In this document: piece after piece, positions 1-6,336 of the stretch
Layout: each line of letters starts with the position of its first letter
Position numbering within the stretch: position 1 is the stretch's first letter
Assembly: GCA_900320285.1 (NCBI GenBank)
Contig: ONRQ01000021.1
Span: 2,705-66,704 of the forward strand
DNA: 64,000 nucleotides
Direction: 5' to 3'
Source of the DNA: an uncultured Eubacteriales bacterium
GTDB taxonomy: Bacteria > Bacillota > Clostridia > Peptostreptococcales > Anaerovoracaceae
Program-made: the position numbers and the translations under genes
Notes under the pieces: model-generated
Seen by the model: only the letters and a program-made list of their open reading frames with translations
Database searches by the model: none
Told to the model about the DNA's origin: nothing

Positions 1-736
1 CAGGATCATGCAGTTCAAGATCGACGAAGGACTGTTCACCGATCCGTTCTGCGAGGAGAGATCGAAGGATCTGCCTGAACCGGGATGCGACGAGCATCGT
101 GAGCTGGCGGAAGAGGCGGTCGAGAAAAGTCTGGTCCTTGTAAAAAATGATAATGACATTCTGCCTCTGAAGAAAGGGACCAGGGTCTTTATAACCGGTC
201 CTGCCGCAGACAATGAAGCCGCGCAGTGCGGAGGATGGACGACAGCGTGGCAGGGCAGTCCGAATGATGACGTTGACGGGGCTACATCCATTCTTGATGG
301 TCTCAGACAGAAGGCTGAGGAATACGGCATTGAGGTAATAACGGATGAAGCAAAAGCCGCAGACGCAGATGTAGTGATACTGGCTGTAGGCGAGAAAGCA
401 TACGCAGAATGGTATGGCGACACGGAGAACCCGGATCTTTGCGGAGATTGCGGACTTGAAGGCAACCTCGAGGCCATAGACAAGGTGAAGGCACTCGGAA
501 AGCCGACTGTATGCTGCATTGTGGCGGGCAGAAATGTGTTCATCGATAATTATGCCAAAGACTGGGACGGCATAGTTATGTGTTATCTGCCGGGTTCGGA
601 GGCACAGGGGATCACCGACGTCCTGTGCGGAGGAGCAGAATTCACAGGCAAACTGCCGAGCCCATGGTACAGTTCCGTAAATCAGATAGGAACTGACAAA
701 GCATGGCTTGAAGCCGGCTGGGGTCTGAGTTTGTGA
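1..736 (+). CDS. Glycoside hydrolase family 3 (beta-glucosidase-like), C-terminal portion; 5' end outside window
   Basis: Frame is open from base 2. KSLVLVKNDNDILPLKK and later VMCYLPGSEAQG motifs are typical of the GH3 C-terminal domain. Confidence 0.8.
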   Translation, partial: RIMQFKIDEGLFTDPFCEERSKDLPEPGCDEHRELAEEAVEKSLVLVKNDNDILPLKKGTRVFITGPAADNEAAQCGGWTTAWQGSPNDDVDGATSILDGLRQKAEEYGIEVITDEAKAADADVVILAVGEKAYAEWYGDTENPDLCGDCGLEGNLEAIDKVKALGKPTVCCIVAGRNVFIDNYAKDWDGIVMCYLPGSEAQGITDVLCGGAEFTGKLPSPWYSSVNQIGTDKAWLEAGWGLSL

Positions 737-761
737 GCGCACTTATAAGCTGAGCTCATGC

Positions 762-790
762 TTGACAGTACTGAAATACTCTGTTATCTT
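762..790 (+). promoter_or_regulatory. Putative sigma-A promoter of the TetR gene
   Basis: TTGACA (762-767), 17-nt spacer, TATCTT (785-790), about 50 nt upstream of the ATG at 842. Confidence 0.4.
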
Positions 791-791
791 T

Positions 792-818
792 AGCTTACCG
801 ACAACCTGTCGGTAAGCT
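792..818. promoter_or_regulatory. Perfect 12-bp-arm inverted repeat, probable TetR operator
   Basis: AGCTTACCGACA-ACC-TGTCGGTAAGCT sits directly after the -10 element. Its core recurs at 1549-1567. Confidence 0.6.
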
Positions 819-841
819 TTTTAAAAAGGAAAAAAACGGTA

Positions 842-1495
842 ATGAGAGTCGTAAAAACAGCTGAAGAGAGGAAAAATGAGATCCTGGATGTGGCAGAGCA
901 GCTTTTCGCGGAAAAGGGTTTCGACAACGCAAGCACCAACGACATCATCAATAAGATAGGTATCGCCAGAGGGACTCTTTATCATCACTTTGGGTCAAAA
1001 GAGGAGATTCTTGATGCGATGGTGGAGAGAATGACTCGCCAGAGTATATCCCGGGCAGCAGCTATCGTTGCAGACAGCTCTATGCCGCTTCTGGAACGGC
1101 TGTCAGCTGCTGTCATTTCTCTTGATCTCAACACCGGGGCCGGCCCTGAGGTATTTGAGCAGATACACAGACCCCAGAATGCGCTTCTTCATCAGAAAAT
1201 GCAGGAACGGCTTCTGAGTGGTGTGGTTCCGCTGATAGCTAAGCTGATAGAAGAAGGGAATGCAGATGGAACTTTTGACTCGGCTTATCCTGAAGAGGCG
1301 GCTGAGATGATAATGACATACGCCAATATTGCTTTCGATGCTCTTACGGATATGACTCCGAACCAGATGGAAAGAAAAAGCCTTGCTTTCATCTATCATA
1401 CCGAGAGAGTACTGGGCGCAGAAGAAGGCAGCCTTAAAGCTGCAATAATGAAGATATTCGAGAAAAACAACCCTCTCACTAAAATAAAAAAGTAA
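842..1495 (+). CDS. TetR/AcrR family transcriptional regulator
   Basis: N-terminal HTH RKNEILDVAEQLFAEKGFDNASTNDIINKIGIARGTLYHHFGSKEEIL is a classic TetR_N signature. Confidence 0.9.
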   Translation: MRVVKTAEERKNEILDVAEQLFAEKGFDNASTNDIINKIGIARGTLYHHFGSKEEILDAMVERMTRQSISRAAAIVADSSMPLLERLSAAVISLDLNTGAGPEVFEQIHRPQNALLHQKMQERLLSGVVPLIAKLIEEGNADGTFDSAYPEEAAEMIMTYANIAFDALTDMTPNQMERKSLAFIYHTERVLGAEEGSLKAAIMKIFEKNNPLTKIKK

Positions 1496-1548
1496 GACTT
1501 GACCGGGGCTTGCCGTAATAAGAGGTAAGCCCTTATATCGGACCATTG

Positions 1549-1567
1549 TACCGACAATCTGTCGGTA
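1549..1567. promoter_or_regulatory. Second copy of the TetR operator core, abutting the MFS gene SD
   Basis: TACCGACA-ATC-TGTCGGTA is followed immediately by AGGAGG and the ATG at 1579. Confidence 0.6.
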
Positions 1568-1578
1568 AGGAGGCGCGG

Positions 1579-2805
1579 ATGAAAAATAAATCCAGTTACA
1601 AAAAATTTCTGCTTTTATGGAGCGGCCAGCTGGTATCTGCTATCGGATCGGGCCTTACAAGTTTTGGCCTTGGCGTGTATGTATTTCAGAAAACCGGCAG
1701 CGCTGCCAACATGTCACTGGTAACTCTGCTGGCATTTTTACCGACACTGCTGCTGAGTGCACCTGCAGGAGTACTGGCTGACCGCTATGACAGAAGGCTG
1801 CTGATGATGGCAGGAGATGGTCTGTCGGCACTCGGACTTGTGTATATTCTGCTTTGTATGATGCTTGGTGAGGCAAAGCTATATCAGATCTGCCTGGGTG
1901 TGTTCATAAGCTCGTTTTTTTCATCGCTGCTTGAGCCTTCATACAGAGCAACCATTACTGACCTTCTGACAAAGGAGGAATATTCAAGAGCAAGCGGCAT
2001 GATGAGTATCGCCAACAGCGCAAGATATCTTATCTCACCGCTCATAGCCGGATTGCTGCTTGCAGTAAGTGATGTAAAGCTTCTGCTGATGATCGATATC
2101 AGTACCTTTTTCCTGACGGTGATATGCACCGCGATAGTCAAAAAGAGCATCGCCACACATAATCCGGAGAGAACTGACAGTTTCTATGAAAACTTCCGTG
2201 AGGGATGGACTGCCATAACGGAAAAGCGGGGAGTGCTGATAATCATTATTGTATCTTCTGTGATTACATGTTTCATGGGAGCGATGCAGATACTGGCCGA
2301 GCCGATGATACTCGATTTTCAGACGAGCAAGGTTCTTGGGATCACCGAAACTATCTGCGCCTTTGGAATGCTTGTATCAAGCATAGTTATCGGTGCGCGG
2401 GGGCTGAAAAGTAACTTCACGGGTATTCTGAGCTTATCGCTTGCCCTGGCAGGTCTGGCAATGATCGGATTTGGATTACGGGAGAACATAGTGCTGATCG
2501 GATGCTTCGGATTCTTATTCTTTTTCATGCTGCCTTTCGCAAACAATTGCCTGGATTATCTGGTAAGGACAAATATCGATGCAGACAAGCAGGGCAGAGC
2601 ATGGGGTATGATAAGTTTTCTGTCGCAGATCGGTTATGTAGTCGCGTATGGAACAGCTGGACTGCTGGCAGACAGTATCGCTAAGGCAGGAAATACCGGC
2701 GTAGGGCGTGGAGCCGCCTGTGTGATCATGATCTCCGGGGTGATGCTTGCAGCGGTCGCAATAGCTTTGTACCAGTTCAGGGATGTAAGGGATCTTGAAA
2801 GGTGA
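1579..2805 (+). CDS. MFS transporter (likely drug/metabolite efflux, TetR-controlled)
   Basis: About 12 predicted hydrophobic helices and an LADRYDRRLLM loop motif. Start moved to ATG 1579 (SD AGGAGG); the track start at 1546 lies inside the operator. Confidence 0.85.
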   Translation: MKNKSSYKKFLLLWSGQLVSAIGSGLTSFGLGVYVFQKTGSAANMSLVTLLAFLPTLLLSAPAGVLADRYDRRLLMMAGDGLSALGLVYILLCMMLGEAKLYQICLGVFISSFFSSLLEPSYRATITDLLTKEEYSRASGMMSIANSARYLISPLIAGLLLAVSDVKLLLMIDISTFFLTVICTAIVKKSIATHNPERTDSFYENFREGWTAITEKRGVLIIIIVSSVITCFMGAMQILAEPMILDFQTSKVLGITETICAFGMLVSSIVIGARGLKSNFTGILSLSLALAGLAMIGFGLRENIVLIGCFGFLFFFMLPFANNCLDYLVRTNIDADKQGRAWGMISFLSQIGYVVAYGTAGLLADSIAKAGNTGVGRGAACVIMISGVMLAAVAIALYQFRDVRDLER

Positions 2806-3041
2806 TATGGATGAACAAGCGGATGATAATAAATGACCTGAAAGCCAACAAGCTGGTCATGATGGCTTGAAAACATGGGATGGTAAACTGAATAAAGCTT
2901 AATTTCCGTATAATACGTCGTTATGCTATAGTTAATCGTAATAACAGCAGTTTCTGTGCGGACTTCTTGAAGCAATGTATGATGAGCTTCCGGCACCAAA
3001 GAAAAAGAAGTGACAGGAGATTCCGGTGAAAGGACAGAAAA

Positions 3042-3554
3042 ATGATATACGTTGTAAGGCATGGAGAAACTGAGTGGAATGCTATTAATAAGGTCTTAGG
3101 GCGGACTGATATCCCTCTTAATGATGAGGGTATAAAACAGGCGCATGAAATTGCCCGTTCTCTGAAAGACATAAAGATAGATATTTTCCTTTGCTCACCA
3201 TTATGCAGAACCAGGCAGACTGCAGATGCTATTTCAAATGAAATCGGTGTCAGGTATGAAATTGATGACAGGCTGATTGAGCATGACTTCGGTAAGTTTG
3301 AAGGTGTTGATAGGTCTGACAGGGAATATCAGGCAGCAAAGCGAGAATACTTTGTCAGATATCCCGGCGGCGAATCCTTTTTTGACCTTGCGGCCAGAGT
3401 ATATCCGCTTATAGAAGAACTGGGCGAAACAAACGCTCTTCTTGTGACTCATGGCGGTATTTGCAGAATAATCCGCAGCTATTTCGAAGACATGGGTAAT
3501 GAAGAATTTGTGCAATTTGCTCAGGGAAACTGCGAGGTAAGAATGTATCCATGA
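3042..3554 (+). CDS. Histidine phosphatase family protein (phosphoglycerate-mutase-like)
   Basis: N-terminal VVRHGETEWN catalytic motif and a later LLVTHGG motif. Confidence 0.85.
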   Translation: MIYVVRHGETEWNAINKVLGRTDIPLNDEGIKQAHEIARSLKDIKIDIFLCSPLCRTRQTADAISNEIGVRYEIDDRLIEHDFGKFEGVDRSDREYQAAKREYFVRYPGGESFFDLAARVYPLIEELGETNALLVTHGGICRIIRSYFEDMGNEEFVQFAQGNCEVRMYP

Positions 3555-3633
3555 TTGAACCCTCTGTCTACTAAGCGTAGGTTGTTCCCTGTGGAATCAC
3601 ATATTACTCTAACACCATAAGGAGGTATTAGTC

Positions 3634-4215
3634 ATGAATCAATATGTGACAGGAACAATGATCAAACGCCTTAGGGAAGATAAAAAGATGACTCAGCAGC
3701 AGCTGGCTGAGAGCATTGGGGTAAGTGGTAAAGCAGTATCCAAATGGGAGACCGGAAGGGGATATCCTGACATATCCCTCATTGAGCCGTTGGCTAAGGC
3801 TCTGGGAGTGTCGATAATAGAGTTGTTTTCCGGTGAGGGAGTGGTAAATACCAACAGATCATTTAAGATGCAGCGAATGAAAATCCACGTATGCCCGATC
3901 TGCGGCAATCTGATCCAGAGCACGGGAGAAGCTGTAGTCAGTTGCTGTGGGATAGTATTGCCTGCGCTGGAGGCAGAGCCCGAGGATGATGGCCATCATC
4001 TCCACATTGAAAAGGTCGAAGACGAGTACTATGTGACGATCCCGCACGAAATGAGCAAGACCCATTACATTTCATTCATTCTGGCAGTGAAGGATGATGG
4101 ATGTGAGATCAGAAAGCTTTACCCGGAAGGAAATGCAGAGGCGCGTTTCAAGATCGGCAGAACAAAAAGCATAATGTATTACTGCAACCAACACGGATTG
4201 TTCAAATATAAATAA
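3634..4215 (+). CDS. XRE-type HTH domain fused to a desulfoferrodoxin-like module
   Basis: N-terminus MTQQQLAESIGVSGKAVSKWETGRGYPD is an XRE HTH. Then CPICG..SCCG (desulforedoxin-like Cys4), then IPHEMSKTHYISFI and YCNQHGLF, which parallel HPMIPEHYIEWI and YCNLHSLW of the bona fide Dfx at 14677. Confidence 0.8.
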   Translation: MNQYVTGTMIKRLREDKKMTQQQLAESIGVSGKAVSKWETGRGYPDISLIEPLAKALGVSIIELFSGEGVVNTNRSFKMQRMKIHVCPICGNLIQSTGEAVVSCCGIVLPALEAEPEDDGHHLHIEKVEDEYYVTIPHEMSKTHYISFILAVKDDGCEIRKLYPEGNAEARFKIGRTKSIMYYCNQHGLFKYK

Positions 4216-4232
4216 CGGGAGTTATACCTGGT

Positions 4233-4733
4233 ATGAAGATAAGAAAAACCATGGAATCGGATCTGGATCAGATCATGAAGATCTATGCTTACGCAAGGGA
4301 CTTCATGGAAAAGACGGGTAATCCAAACCAGTGGGGACCGACAAACTGGCCGCCGGTGTCTCTGATACGTAACGACATAAAAGAAGGCAACAGTTATGTC
4401 TGTACCAATGACGAAGATGCAGTTGTCGGCACTTTTTTCTTCACACAGGGTCACGATATTGAACCGACCTACCGTGAAATAACAGATGGGACCTGGTTCG
4501 GCAGCGATGCTTACGGAGTTGTTCACAGAATCGCTTCAGATGGTTCTGAAAAAGGGGTAGGTCATTTCTGCATCAGCTGGGCATTCGAGCAATGCGGACA
4601 CCTGAGGATGGATACACATACAGATAATGTGATCATGCAGAATCTTCTGGAAAAGATGGGTTTTAAAAGGTGCGGGATCATATATGTAGTCGAGGATAAC
4701 TATCCGAGATATGCTTACGAAAAAGTGAAGTAA
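4233..4733 (+). CDS. GNAT family N-acetyltransferase
   Basis: Size and motif pattern (..VVHRIA....KGVG...) are typical of the GNAT acetyl-CoA-binding fold. Confidence 0.75.
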   Translation: MKIRKTMESDLDQIMKIYAYARDFMEKTGNPNQWGPTNWPPVSLIRNDIKEGNSYVCTNDEDAVVGTFFFTQGHDIEPTYREITDGTWFGSDAYGVVHRIASDGSEKGVGHFCISWAFEQCGHLRMDTHTDNVIMQNLLEKMGFKRCGIIYVVEDNYPRYAYEKVK

Positions 4734-4814
4734 CTGAGTTGTAAGGATCCGCAGCCCGGGTGAGTTCAGGACAATAGGATCAAAACAGATAAAAAAACGG
4801 AGGAATAGCATTCA

Positions 4815-5975
4815 ATGAGGATCGCATGGTTTTGTATTCCGGCACACGGACATACCAATCCGACGCTGGGTCTTGTAAAGACACTTACTGATGCCGGACA
4901 TCAGGTCTGGTATTTTTCCTTTGAGGAGTTCAGAGAGAAAATCGAGCGAGCCGGCGCAACATTTATAGGGTGCGATGGATACGATTTTGAGATGGAAGAT
5001 AAGGGCAATGCGGACCGCGTCGGCAAGGATAAGGTCTATGCGACCGAACTGCTCGTTTCATCTACACTTGCGCTTGATGAGATGACTTCCCGCGTTATCG
5101 GGGAAATCAGGCCTGATGTTGTTGTGTCAGATTCCGTAGCATTCTGGGGAAAGCTTGCAGCCATGAAACATGGCCTGCCATATGTTTCATCTACCACGAC
5201 TTTTGCTTTTAATAAATATTCGGCAAAGTATATGCAGGAAAGCGCGTGGGACATCGCAAGGATGCTGATGGCAATGCCTCGTATCAACAAGCAGCTGAAA
5301 CGACTGCGCGAAAAAGGATATCCGGTGAAGAGCCTTCTCGATATCGTACAGAACGACAACGAAACTAATACCATAGTGTATACTTCAGGCTACTTTCAGC
5401 CGTGCTCAGATACATTCTCTGACAGATATCATTTCATTGGACCGTCAATAAGGCCAATCATGAAACCTGTAGAAAAGACTGCAGATAAGACCATATATAT
5501 TTCGATGGGCACCGTAAACCAGAACAGACAGTTTTACCGCAACTGCATCAACGTGCTTGCGCCGACCGGCTGGCAGGTGATCATCTCAATGGGAACAAAT
5601 ACCGACCATTTTGATGATCTCCCTGAGAACATACAGGTGTATGAATCAGTAGACCAGATGGCAGTACTGTCGATCGCTGACGCGTTCATCACGCACTGCG
5701 GTATGAATTCTGCTTCTGAGGGACTGTACTTTGGCGTGCCGCTCGTTCTTTTTCCGCAGACTCCTGAGCAGGATGCCGTGGCAAAGAGAACAGAAGAGCT
5801 GGGCGCCGGAGTAAGACTGAAGTCGATATCAGAGGCGGATGTTATGGAAGCGCTGACTGCGGTCATAAACGAACCGCAGTATAAGGCGGGAGCTGAAAAG
5901 GTATCCGAAAGCTTCAAAAACTGCGGAGGTGCAGCTGAAGCAAAGGAATTCATTGAACTGATTGCGGGTCAATAG
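4815..5975 (+). CDS. Family 1 glycosyltransferase (macrolide/UDP-glycosyltransferase MGT type)
   Basis: N-terminal PAHGHTNPTLGLVKTL and C-terminal ITHCGMNSASEGLYFGVPLVLFPQTPEQ (UDP-sugar-binding signature). Confidence 0.85.
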   Translation: MRIAWFCIPAHGHTNPTLGLVKTLTDAGHQVWYFSFEEFREKIERAGATFIGCDGYDFEMEDKGNADRVGKDKVYATELLVSSTLALDEMTSRVIGEIRPDVVVSDSVAFWGKLAAMKHGLPYVSSTTTFAFNKYSAKYMQESAWDIARMLMAMPRINKQLKRLREKGYPVKSLLDIVQNDNETNTIVYTSGYFQPCSDTFSDRYHFIGPSIRPIMKPVEKTADKTIYISMGTVNQNRQFYRNCINVLAPTGWQVIISMGTNTDHFDDLPENIQVYESVDQMAVLSIADAFITHCGMNSASEGLYFGVPLVLFPQTPEQDAVAKRTEELGAGVRLKSISEADVMEALTAVINEPQYKAGAEKVSESFKNCGGAAEAKEFIELIAGQ

Positions 5976-5992
5976 AACAGACAGGTGAAAAG

Positions 5993-6265
5993 ATGATACG
6001 TCAACGAATAGTGTTCCATGGAAGGGTACAGGGAGTCGGTTTCAGATACCAGGCAAGGTATGCAGCCGGAATGTATGGTGTGACCGGATGGGTCAGGAAC
6101 AATTATGATTATACCGTTACAATGGAGGTCCAGGGAACACAGGAACAAATAGATCAGATGATAATCGCGATAGACCGGAGCCGGTTCATACGCATTACGC
6201 ATATGGATGTTACCGACATTCCTGTTGTTGAAGAGGAGCGGTCTTTCAGGACTTTAGGGTATTAG
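5993..6265 (+). CDS. acyP: Acylphosphatase
   Basis: 90 aa with GRVQGVGFRY and GWVRN motifs. Confidence 0.85.
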   Translation: MIRQRIVFHGRVQGVGFRYQARYAAGMYGVTGWVRNNYDYTVTMEVQGTQEQIDQMIIAIDRSRFIRITHMDVTDIPVVEEERSFRTLGY

Positions 6266-6267
6266 AT

Positions 6268-6298
6268 AAAAACCCGTTGATTATTATCAACGGGTTTT
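6268..6298. terminator. Bidirectional intrinsic terminator between convergent genes
   Basis: AAAACCCGTTGA-ttatta-TCAACGGGTTTT, a perfect stem flanked by A and T runs. Confidence 0.75.
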
Positions 6299-6336
6299 GC
6301 GGTTTTTGAAATACCTGAAAAAATTTTATCTCTGCC

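Noticed and set aside
3634-4733. The XRE-HTH gene followed 18 nt later by a GNAT, considered as a GNAT-toxin/antitoxin pair.
   Set aside because: The HTH protein carries a large Dfx-like domain rather than a small antitoxin fold. The GNAT resembles ordinary housekeeping acetyltransferases, and I see no TA-like overlap or size pattern.
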